The notes below the pieces were generated by a model, which saw only the letters and a list, made by a program, of their open reading frames with translations, ran no database searches and was not told the DNA's origin. Source: Asterionella formosa (lineage: Eukaryota). Taken from it: a stretch of DNA of 64,000 nucleotides. Below, piece by piece: positions 35,084-47,217 of the stretch. A program made the translations under genes and the position numbers. The stretch spans positions 1 through 64,000 of the forward strand of contig NKIB01012145.1 in NCBI GenBank assembly GCA_002256025.1, given 5' to 3'. Every line of letters begins with the position of its first letter. Positions within the stretch are counted from its first letter, which is position 1.

Positions 35084-37478
35084 GGCGAGATGTGTTGACT
35101 GATAAAGTATTTATGTACCGGTAGTACGTTTTTCTAATTGTGACTGAATTTACGATGTGTCCTATGTACCGTTATGATTCATAGATATAGCGGCAGGTTT
35201 TTTATATTCATTGCTGTGTACCGGTGTGGGATCACTGGGCAGCATATCGCGCTCGTCAGCCAATATAAGCAACTACCGGTATGAGAATCGTTACCTGGTA
35301 CCTGGTACTGTATACTGGAATATTTGTAAGTGAGACGTAAGCCAAAAGCAAACGAGGACATACGTACAGACGAACACGCTCCGAAGTAAACAACCCTAAC
35401 AACAAGCCGTGTGTCACATCTAGGAGCTAAGTCCTGCAAGGAAGCGGTTTTGACGGGTGAAGGATTAGCCAAGAGGCTGGAAGGGGTTTACATATGTGGA
35501 CAAGGCTTGAATATAGTTTTCTCATTGTTTTGCGGATTCTTACAGAATTGGACCATCATGGGAAGGCTAGCTGCCCAGGCCAATTTTTTCACGATAATTA
35601 CTTCTAAAACCTATACACTCGCTCAATAACCAAGGTCAACCTATTCGACCACAATAGGTACCGTAGTCATAGAGCATCTCCTAGAACGTCAGGGATGACC
35701 ATTCAACACCATTTTATTGTTGTGACCAAGGAACACCCTATCACACAATTCAGCGGTTCTCACCACCGTCATTCCTTGATTCCACCGCACCTAGGCAGTC
35801 TATCCAAAAAGAACTGGCTGTGTCTCCACTTCCCTAAGCTACAAAGGGGATAATAAGAACCAAGGCCTTCCCCCCAGCTTGATACATCATAGTCTCGTCC
35901 TCCTTCCATCTTAATGATGAATCTTCAACACCACCAGCCAAATTCACTGAATACTACATGCATTTTCCTTGCCATACTGAGGAGGCTTCACTCTATCACA
36001 GAGCCGCTCCAAGGTTCAAAAATCAACCTGTGTCCCCTGCATATACCGTCGCCACGGATAACACAGGATTCAACCCAAAGAAAACACAAAAACCATACTA
36101 AGAAACCAGGGAACCGCAGCCTTTTCTCGCCAACATCATATCCACGACAATACCCAAACCACGCAGTTAGCTTTCACATCAGTCAACAATAATCATCATA
36201 GTAAAACAGTGTTTCCACCATTCAGCCCATACAAACACCCTCATTCAGCATAAGTATGCCCTCATCTTTCATACAAAGACAGCTTGTGGCATCACATTGG
36301 CCCTAACTTGCAATAAGAATACAATTAACTGCACTAATACTCAACGTAGATGCACCACAATAAACCTTTGGCACCATAGTATGTCCACCGCAGTGCGTTT
36401 GAAATGCCGTGGGAAGAGTATTGTAGACGTGTAATTTTCGAGATGTGGTAAGGCAAAATTTTGTGGAGAACATGTGTGGAAAGCCGGCAGCCATGCAACA
36501 GTGGAACTGGCGATACCCAGGCAGGTGCTGGCCAGCAAGCAAGGAAAGTGTTGGGGTATCTTCTTCATTGTAGGAGTGCAATCGAACAAACATTTTGGAA
36601 TCTTTGCCTTGATGATCATACAGGATGATGATTGGCAGTAGATTCAACAATGACAACAATTTACCAAACAAATGCACTGGAATTCTGAAGAGCAATTCTT
36701 CGATGCTTTAGGTATCTAGAATCATTACAATAAAGTAGTGCAACTATCTCAAATTGCCTAACACTTGTACTGGTAGTTACTAGAACTCTTTCCACTTCAG
36801 CTGCAATTTTCCATCGTCTGTTGCAACCAATATGGTTAAGGCGATATACCGGTAGTCAGCTGTATAAGGTGGGTCTCAAGAAATCGGTTACTAATTAAGT
36901 CAAAACTTAGTTTACTATGGAAAAGATCAAGAGCTAAAATAATATTTTCATCCAATTATCACTTTTCACCGCACGTTTCAGGTAGGTGACATACTAGAGC
37001 AATGTTCGAGTTTGCACATGGAAAGTCCTCCATGCGTACTGGTAGCGGAATAATCCTGGTACATACGACCGGTATGTAGTTCTGTTCGCTTGCTTCTGGA
37101 GCACATATATGTAGTGCATACACATACCAGGTACCATCACAGTGACTCAGGCGAAACAAGAGGTATATGCTGTATGTGTAATGGCAAGCAGGGGCGGAAA
37201 AAATAAAGAAAGAGACTTTTTTCATCTAGGAAGCAACTTGACGATCTTCAAGTCGGAAAGAACTTAAATAACACTACCTGGTAGCCTGAATAAGCCGGCA
37301 ACAATCGGTACATGTATGTACTGCCTGCTCCAGAGATTATACTGCATGATGGGTCCACGCGCAACTAGCACAAGTTGCAAATCGTTCTTGGGGTTGAAAT
37401 ACTCTCTAATCTCCTCTTTGCTTCCAAGGTGAGGAATGATTGAAGATGTTAATGTGCCAATAAAACAGCATCTTGATT

Positions 37479-38197
37479 TTATGACTCTACTGATTCAACT
37501 TGGGCGTCAACAAACGATTCAACCACTGGCACAGTAACTGACGAGGCACTCTGTGCGGAACCAAATGCACACTTTAATGTTGCAGTGAAAGGCAAATTAT
37601 CCCCCACCTGGTATCCTTTGCACATTTCTTGAACGTCTTCCAAAATCTGAACTTCACCATCTGATCCGGGCAGAGCCTTTAGGCCGTATGCTGCTACGGC
37701 AGATTCAACCGACTTGATGAGCGCCTCTTGGATTGCAAAGGTTGTAATTTGCGGCTGTGCGTACGGAGGAACTTGTCCCTTGGCAGAGAAAGTGGTAAGA
37801 ACACGAAGTATACAGCTAAGCAACTCAGTCTAGCGAGTTTTCTACCCTGCTTCCTTACCTTTCGAAACCCCGGGAAATTCGCCTTCTTGCTCGCATCCTT
37901 CAGAATCCTCGCCCTATATTCCTTGATTAAGGCTCCTTCTCCAACAGCGGTCATCCAAAACTTGCACACCTGCCCATCTTTGCTTGTCATACCCTTTACT
38001 TCTCCCAAATTCTTCATTCGAGAGCCAGGTAGTGACGACTTGGCGAGGAGCTCATCGCCTCCCTCGACTTCCGCCACCAACTGATACGCCGAACGGCAGG
38101 ACGCCGCTCTTCCTGCAGCATACGGAGTGGCGAAGCCTGACGCGCATGTGACGAGTGACGAGAACAGTAGAGGTACGATAGAAACGAGGAGCTTCAT
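37479..38197 (-). CDS. Plastid-targeted trigger-factor-like protein (ribosome-binding domain only); 2 exons
   Basis: Intron 37779-37858 joins 'ANFPGFRK|GQVPP', which is the trigger-factor GFRxGxxP signature. Signal peptide followed by 'ASGFAT' (ASAFAP-like). Confidence 0.8.
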
Positions 38198-38609
38198 TGT
38201 CACTGAAGTAGGTTCGTTGGAGGAGTTTTAATAATTATGCATACCGGTAGTTCGTCTGCGAATGAGTACATACAGACGTACTACCGGTAGGCTACCGGTA
38301 CGTGCTATTACTGGAACATTCTTTGTTTGTACCTACGGGTACCAAATACTCCCATTCCTAAAAATCATCATTACGGTAGATTTGTGACGCACGCGCCTGC
38401 GCCTCGCACCGGTAATCATACATACGGTAGTACAGGAAGCATCAAGACATTCAAATTCTTGCTGACGACGATGATACCGGGATATTGTGAAGTACCAGGT
38501 CTCCAAATACTACATCATAACAGTGTTCAATACAACACTGGTAAAGTTTTTCAGAACTAATTACGGAATACTGATCCAACCGCTCTTTGATCACACCACA
38601 GTGCATCTC

Positions 38610-39197
38610 ATGCATCGCCTCTGCCCAAGTACCGGTATGATCGTGTCCTTCCGTGAAGCCACGACGCGCCGATGCGCTCCAATTCGATCCCTGACGAACC
38701 ATGCAGCACGACGGCTGCTCGGAATTGACCATGCCGATGAAAGGATTGCACCCAAAGAACTGAGACGTTTGTACTTGGAGGCTGCCAAACGTTGTCACCC
38801 CGATACTGCAGTGGCAGGCAAGCATCAAAGAACCAAGGACGAGGTAGTCAGAGACTTTTGCAACCTGACGGAAGCGTATGAACTACTGCAAGGCAACAGC
38901 CGGTACTACCCGGACGAGTTGGACATTACCAACCAGGAGCAGATCAACTACCGAAACGCGTGCCAGCACTGGTTGGGAATTCCGGCGCATATTGTAGAAG
39001 AGAGCAAGCGATGTCCCATGTTTCGTGATTGGTTGAAGGGGGAAACTGATTCGGCAGAGCGCTGGCGCGTCTTTTTCTGTTTGCATGGTGGGATGGCTCC
39101 CATGTTGCCCATACCCGCAGCCTTGATCGAAGACTCTACTACCGGAAGTGCTTCGAACAAGTGCAAACAACCAGTACCGAGGCGAAGACGGAAGTAG
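38610..39197 (+). CDS. J-domain (DnaJ-like) protein
   Basis: 'ARRLLGI...LRRLYLEAAKRCHPD...FCNLTEAYELL' with the HPD motif. The start codon is uncertain (38610 or 38637). Confidence 0.8.
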   Translation: MHRLCPSTGMIVSFREATTRRCAPIRSLTNHAARRLLGIDHADERIAPKELRRLYLEAAKRCHPDTAVAGKHQRTKDEVVRDFCNLTEAYELLQGNSRYYPDELDITNQEQINYRNACQHWLGIPAHIVEESKRCPMFRDWLKGETDSAERWRVFFCLHGGMAPMLPIPAALIEDSTTGSASNKCKQPVPRRRRK

Positions 39198-39793
39198 CCA
39201 TCATGTAAGGGTAAGGGTAAGTGTGGACAGCAAATGAAATATGTACATACACATACACCCTCCCTGGACATTCCAATATACCGAGCTGCACCAATCAATC
39301 AGAAAGTAAATGGACAGCAAATCATAATGTTCTTTTGAAATGGAGATGACCAGATTCATGTGTCTTCCTCGTTATCACAGTGATAGTATGGACGTACACG
39401 CCGTACAGGATTGTTATACGACAAAACGTTTTGGAAGGAGTATTATCATTCATTCGTCACGCAAATAGCATGTATTTGTATCACTACCGGTAGCATAAAA
39501 GCAATCACATACAATCATGAGAGTATCATCAAGAACCATGCCATGCCATTACTAAAGAACAAGAAGATTCTCTATTGACCCCAGAAAAGTTGATCATTCA
39601 AAATATAATAAGCCACTTTATGGTAGTCAACGTGGTACACTCAGCGTTACCTTCCAACGCCATCAATCACTTGACAAGAAATACTCTCAATGATTTGGCA
39701 AACGAAACGAACGATTCAGGTCAAATACCTCATGCCAATAATTGTGGCGAAATCGATTGAAACCAGTTAATGTCTGGAGCCTGTTTGTACAGT

Positions 39794-42700
39794 TCATTTC
39801 TTCCTTTTCGCATTCTTCTTCTTCGTCTTCTTCTTCTTCTGTCGTGTTGCATTTTTGGATAAAGGTTTTTCCATAGGCGCGATAGCCATGGCCGCCCCTG
39901 CTTTCCCGTTGGCGCTCGCCCTGATATTCACATCACCATGCATGTCATCGCTTGTTTGTATTGAAAGATGATTGTTTGATTCAACAAGTCTCGTATTTTG
40001 CTTTTCCATCGAATGACCATTTACCTTACGATCTGGTTCAAGGATTTGATTTTCTTTCCTTAGCTTTTTCCCTGGTAAAGCATTCATTGCAAGAGTATGG
40101 TGTCCATGATTTTCTGGTAGTTTACTCTTCAATATCTTGTTTAATTCATGGTAATGCCCTTTCAAAGGACCAAAGTCAATCTGGAGATTGCCCTGAGCAA
40201 TAGTTCGCACAATTATTGGACCGAGGCGAATACCCAAATCACTTTGTGTAGAAACGGTCAAATTCCAGGGGCGCTTCCAAAGAATCCACAAGTTAGACAT
40301 CCCGCAACCATCTCGCGCTACAGAGAAAAGAAAATGTTCCCCATTATCTTGACATGTTGACCAAACTTGTAATAGCTGGATGACAGAATCGAAGATATCA
40401 GAACTACATAAGAGAGCTCGATTCGAGAAATATTCTGCAACAGAAAATTTTCCTTCGTCAACAGTGAGTTTTACAAGGTCATGGAACATGTTTCGTGCTT
40501 CTAGTTCATTCTGAATTTCGATAGACCTGTGATTCAAATTAAATACGATTTTGTTGAGCTCGACATCACTCCATTGTTTCACTTTTTGGATGGCATAGAG
40601 ACGGGCCTTTTCTGAGCTGCCATATTTCGCAAGATCTTGCATAATTTCGAAGGAATTAACTGACCGAAAAGCATTACGGTCGAACATGCTCAAGATGGAT
40701 GCCAAATCAGTTTTCCATGGGCCGCGCTGTAGTATGAATTGATATACGATATGGCGTCCAAAGGTTGCATAACAATTTCTCGGGAAGTCAGTACCCAACA
40801 ATGATTCAATGTCACCCAAAACCAAACCCAACATTAGCGCTACATTGGAGCTCTTGTCACGCGTTAATAATTTACAAGCTTCTCTTTTGTGCTCTTCTAA
40901 CGACCAAATTGCAGCAAGGTTGTGAAAATTTTTCGCCACTCGATGGGTTGCATCTAAGGCCAGTCTTGATCCCTCAACAGCGCCGTCGAGATCAGGTGGA
41001 TTCATTTGAAGGAACATAGAAATAGCCCTAAGCAGCATACCCCGATGCTCTAGCTCTCGAAAGATTCCACTTGGACGGAGGTTTAATTCCTTTACGACGA
41101 TATCAAAGATTTCACAGTCATTCAGCTCCTTCAAATGTTTTGCGATGTACTCCGTTGCATTGTGCTCATCTTCCTGGGTACAGAACCAACGGACAATCTG
41201 CAGTTGACCCCTTCCGTATTTCTTCTCCAATGAAGATGTAACATCCTTCGCAAAAGCCGTTGTATGAAACGAATGTAGACAAGAGTCATCTAGACCATTA
41301 TGTCTAACAGCACATTTGATAACATGAGGTCCCAAGTCAGTCATACAAGATCTAGAAAACTGATTGGATGTTGTCAGCGGTGCTGTAAACAACGAGAGAA
41401 GTAGGTCGAGAACTCTTATCTCGTTCAAAACAACGGGGTCATGTTGGCCATTCCAAAATGAAATTGTATCGAGCAAGTCAGCTTCGCTACTCCCAACGTC
41501 AAAGGTCGTCGCAATGTCCACTGTTATCTCCCCAGCTCTCGCTCTGTCGCCTGCAACTAGGTATAACTTGACCGCTCGAGGTTTATTGACTTTCCGCAAG
41601 CACCAATCGGCAATCGCTAAGGGAAAAACCAACTCGATCAACGATATCTCATCAATCGAAGATTTGTCCACCAACGCTTTAAGAAAATCGTGTGTTCTGT
41701 ATGCATAAAGCAATGGAGCCGTGGCCGAGTCCCATAGATCATGAATTTTTACATCGGCCCAGACTTCTCGAACCAACGCAAACTTGACCATCTCTGGCCT
41801 TGAAAAATATCCGGGGACCATTGCTCTTGCTGTCTCAAAAAAAATGTCATCATCTGAATTCCATGGTGGAAGATCTTTCATAACCTGGAAAATATCTAGC
41901 GTGCGCTTGAAATCATTTGCAGAAAAAAAATGACGAGAAGAGGACCGAAGAGCACTTACAGCGCCTTCCTTTTGACCAGTCGAGATTTGATGAAGGCCTT
42001 GAGCCCAAAAGGACCATCCGAATTCTTGGGCAGCAGAAAAACAACTCATTGCCAGCTTGAATTTCTCGTCTTGGAAGAATGCCATACCTTTTTCATACCA
42101 ATTTTCGTGGGATGTCTCCCTGTCGAATTCCTGCATTACAGAGTCAGGTTCTGCGAATTCGAGGCTGCAGTTCAGTCCAGATGTAAAGAATTCGACCATT
42201 GATGCGTTGCTCGGTTTCACGAGAATCACGACTCGCCGTTTAGCTCGGGTCACCGCAACATACAGTTCTCGAAGCATCCTTAATGAGGCAGCATTTCTGG
42301 TAGCAACATTCCAAACCTTCCGTTCATGTTCAAAGGCTATTATGACATCATCAAACTCAAGGCCCTTTGACTCTAAAGAACTTACAACAAAAGGATGGTT
42401 CTTGAGCCATAAATTAGCTTTCTTCTCAAGCTCATCTGTGTTACCATTGGAGCTAAAGATGAATGCTTGATCACTTCCCATGGATAAATGCAATCGAAAA
42501 CAATCATCCCAAGAGCAAAGAAAAACTTTGAGATACAAGTCTTTCATAGCCACCTCGGGCTGGGCATACTCAATAGATTGAGGAAAATGCTGTTTTGCAA
42601 CATCAAGAATTGTGTTTCCCACCTCAAGGACGTCTTTCGTCGTTCGATAGTTTCGAAGCAAGTGAAACACTTTCGATAACTTGGACTCAATTCCGGGTTG

Positions 42701-45700
42701 AATAGCCAACATTGTTTGCTTCAAACCATCAAATGTGAAAGAGCACCAGGTGAGATCATTTGGGCGGTGTCACCAGCACAAATCCATTGTGTATTGGTCT
42801 TGCCTGCAATAGAGAGAATCAAAAATATAGACGCATAAGAGAAGTCTTGGACCTCATCTAAATAGACTGAATTAATAAAAAGGAGAGGTCAGCAAATTCA
42901 AAGGACGACAGCAAAAAGTAGTACAAAAGCGAGGCGATCTCACCAGACTCAAAGAAAGCGCCCAAATCAGCCTGTAAAATTTTGAGAACGATGTCGTTAA
43001 TGTCGAACAGATTATTCTCTATCTTCCAACTACGATAGCGAAGATATTCCTCGTAGACAGCAAGCCTTTGTCCCTGACCTTCCTTGCTGGAGCCATCAAT
43101 GTTGCTTCGTTTCTCATCCATGTACTGGGCAAGGCTGAGAGGATGTTTTTGACGTGCAGCTGCAAGGGAGCCAAGAATAACACCACCGATTTCATTCTCC
43201 ATTACAGTTGCTTCTATAGCCAACTTGATGTGGGACTTTCTTGCAATGGAATAACTGCGGAAATTACACATCTTTGTAACATCTCTAACGTGGTCCCCAA
43301 TAGTTTGAAGGAGATCTTGAATGAAGGCATTAAACGAGTAAAACACGACACTCGGAATACATGCTCCTTCCACAACAGAGACTTCTTCAAACCTATCCTT
43401 CAGTTCCTTAGCGAGGCGCGATGACACAGTTATGAAGCATATTGGCATTCTAGAAGCTGGGGTGTATGCGATGGCATGCTGAAAGAGAACATTTGTTTTC
43501 CCTGTACCCGATCTAGATTCAATAATGAGAGGTGGGACAGCTGTCATAATTGTTGATTGATAATCATCGAGACAAAAACTACCATGTGGTAAAGATTTCA
43601 GCAGTGAGAATGAGCTTTGAATGTTGTTCGACATCTTCCAAACAAGGCAGGGAACATTATTCACTTTGCCGGCTTCAGGTGTTCTTGTCTCAGGGAGATA
43701 AATCGCGCCAAGAGTTCGACTTATAATGCATGCTCCGGCTGACAACTTGGTCATTGAAACAAAACGACAACATTGGACGCGGGTACCTGCAAAGTGCCCT
43801 TCTATTGAACCAGGTTTGGCAAGCCAAACCACTTGTAATATGTCTTGGTAGCCTTTCAACGATGAGGTTTGCCAGCATGGATTTGTTTGAGGTACAGGCA
43901 AAGCATACAGTGCTAGGGAATTGGGAGCTGCAAGAGCCAGTAGAGTATTAAAACAAATATTTTTGATGTTTTCTGGCATCTTACGAACAACGTGATGAAA
44001 CCGCTGTGTCAGCAATACCTTCCATTGTAATGGCACATTCCAATTTGGGGATCGCCACGCCAGTGCATTTAGTTTTGATTTTTCCATGCAACACTCAGAC
44101 ATTCCATGAAGAGCAATCTTTTTCAAAGTTGAACCAGTAGGGAGGGACAGAAAAAATTGAGCATCACCAACAATGCGTAAAACGCGTATGGCTCTCGTTA
44201 ATGCAACATTGAGTCGTTGACTGTTGTCCACAAATCCAACCCCATTGGTTCTGACCGTTGAGATTATTACAATATCTGCTTCCATACCTTGGTAACTATC
44301 CACGGTTGCTACATCAGCCACTTGCAAACCCTTCACATTTCGAAATTGTGACATTAATAGTTCTGTTTGGGCTTTATAGGGAGTAATCACGATAATTTTT
44401 GCATCCCTATTTTTTGTTCTGATTCTCTTGATATCTGGATCCGACTTGATAATTGACTTGATAACAGCAGATTCATACGAATTTTTCCAAGAAAACCCAT
44501 CTTTTTCTTGTTCACCAGAGCCAGCGGTGTCAATGAATTGAAGCGGCTGCTCAACGTGGGGGGTTCGTCCGTACACGTTTTCTCCAGACCGAATCTGACC
44601 CGAGTAAAAATGCTTGTTTGGAAAGAATAAAATAGCAGGTTCCATTCGATATTGAGTGTCCAGTAGGTGCACTTTCCTCCGATGATACTTGTGTATCTGG
44701 CCCATCCACGAGTCTCCATAGCCAGCAGCTTGGTTCATAGGTTCAATGACTGTAGCTGGTAGTTGTAGGGGGTCGCCCATAACAACAATTCGTTTTACAC
44801 CAGGAACTGTAGCCGCAATGTAAAACTCAGCTTCAGAGCATTGACCCCCCTCATCTAAAAGCAATGTATGAAAACGTTTGCGAAATGCAGTCCGGAGAAA
44901 AGGAGAACCAGCAGTGTTCAATGTGCAAAACACTACCTTGGATTTACCAATCATCTCCTTCAGAAATGATCGTCCTGGTTGCTTCTTCATTTCTATAAAT
45001 GGACAAGCCATGGCAATGGACTCAATCATGAAGGAATTTGGATCCTGATGCAGCCAATGTGCAAAACCCCGCTTGAGTTTCTCTTTGTCTGTGTCATTTG
45101 GAAGATTGTCAAAAGCCTTCCTAAACTCTTGATACTTTCGACCTCTATGAACATGGCTCAGGAATTGAATGCTCTCGTGACAGTTTTCTCCGTAGACTGA
45201 TAATTCCCCAAGATTATATTTCATGGTTGAATACACTTTCAATGCAATGTTGGCAATAGCTGCATTGGATGGTGCCACCACAATAATGCTATTTCCAACA
45301 GCGTGTACCATTTCCACCATTGTTGATGTTTTGCCGGTGCCGGGCGGACCTTGTATAACTAGAAAGCCGGTTCTAAACTCAGGATTCACCAAGGCTGCAA
45401 CTGCTTGTGCTTGAGATTCATTCAAATGGAATGCCATGCCCAATTCGATATTGATTTGTACCTCTTCAATGCATTCACGAGACATCGCAGCAGCCATTAG
45501 CATGTTCCCATGATTCGCAAGTAGATTTTCTAGAATCCGTGCTGACGACGAAAGTGATGCTACTTTACGAATATGCGTTGGAGGGCAGCCGTCCATGGGC
45601 CAAAAGTTGCCATTGGCATCATGCCACATGAGAGGATATTCTTTGGGCTTGTTCATTGGTAAACAAACTGCAAGATCCTGATTGCCACGAGCTAGTTCCT

Positions 45701-46202
45701 TTTTCATGCGAAAGACATCAAACGCATGGGGTTCCTCATTTAATCCAGTGCTGTCAACGTCATCATCTCGTTGGAGTTCTTGGCTAAGTGATGCAGCAAA
45801 CTCCAACTTTGTCATGTAAGCAAGGCGGTGCAAGTCGTCATAGTTTAAACAGCGTGGATCAGACACAGGCACCACCTTCTCGTCAAGCTTTGACTTTCCA
45901 AAGACAATATCCAAAAGTTCTTGATGGTACTCGGTAAAGGACCGCTTGGAGATCTCAAATAAGGGCTTCACGGCGACTCCCTCATTGAAGTCATTCATTG
46001 CTCTCACCTTGTAGTTACTAGTTCGATTGCTCCCTTATTGTGGTGGACAGCATAGAATTGCGATTGTCCTCCCCTTTAGCGGCACAGCATGTTGAATGCA
46101 TGGTACAAGTCCTTTTTGACGCAAATATTTGTACTGGTTGAAATTTTCATTCTCCACTTGATATCCCCTACAATTTTTGTGACGATAGTTTAGATAGTCC
46201 AT
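39794..46202 (-). pseudogene. Double SF1 helicase gene (Upf1/DNA2-NAM7-like + TRANK1/UvrD-like + helical C-terminus) carrying a frameshift; pseudogene or assembly error
   Basis: Helicase 1: 'IQGPPGTGKT', 'LLDEGGQ', 'GDPLQL', 'QYRM', 'TVDSYQGME', 'RLNVALTRA'. Helicase 2: 'SRSGTGKT'; after intron 42867-42943, 'VYLDEVQD' and 'AGDTAQ'; then 'RNYRT', 'SKGLEFDDV', 'ELYVAVTRAK'. One base is missing at about 42746, and there is an in-frame TAA at 46035-46037 near the 5' end. Confidence 0.75.
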
Positions 46203-47217
46203 GTTCTCGCTTGTTTGTCAATTTCTGTTCGGTCAGCGCGCAGGGTATTGCTTTCGCTGATGCGGCCAACTTCTTGCCGATCGAACCTTTGCTGGCTTGA
46301 GGCATGTGTTCTCCCAACCACTCCTTATTAGTCAAGAAAAGAATAGAAATTAGCACACAATACAAAACAAAATGATATACCCATCATCACCACCCTGTTA
46401 ACATGACAAATACATTTGTTAGTACCGGTAGTCTAATCCTGGTACCTATATGATAGACTACTGGTCTATACTTCAGCTTTATATTAGCTAGCCATTTAGC
46501 TATGGTAGTTTTGTCGTTTCAGACAATTCTCAATAGGTATATTCCTCCCTATTCAGTTTACAGTTTGCATCTGGTTTTTACTCAATCCGGCTCTACCCGT
46601 TTCTTGGCTATTTCCAGATCCAGATATTTCATCAAGATTGTACTTGGTATAGCCACCATAGTAACCTCCTTCTATTTATTTGCTTCTTAGAGCTTACTAT
46701 CATTCTGAGTTCCCTCCTAGCAGTGATTAATATCACCCTTCCCCAAATTTCATTTTCCAAGTGGGCACTGACTACACTTAAAAACTGTAAACCTAAATAT
46801 AGTATCTCGTGATGCATTGGTCGACCAGTTCGCTCCGCCCATCAGTGATATCTTTGGGCTTGATGAATGTGAAGCAACAAACAACCGGCATGTACGTATT
46901 ACTCAAATGTATCGTGTAATATAGTCTAATATGACTATTATACCGGTATGATTATATATTCATGTCAAAAGCCTGTCGCCCGACTTCAACCAATATCTAT
47001 CTCTATCTAGTACATGGTATCAGGTACTGGAGTACCTGTTACAACAGATACCATGTACCCACAAATAGAATACATACACAAAATGGCGGTGCTTATCATT
47101 GTACATGTCTCCTCTTGAAATTATGGTAAAGAATTACAAATGGTATGCAAAGTAAATTTTACACAGACATTCAAACGATGGAATCTTGTGTGGTGTTGTT
47201 ACACATCGAAAGGCAAC

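Noticed and set aside
35500..36800. KDZ/CxC or non-LTR transposon remnant
   Set aside because: Fragmented Cys-rich frames, but no catalytic motif could be identified, so it is left unassigned.
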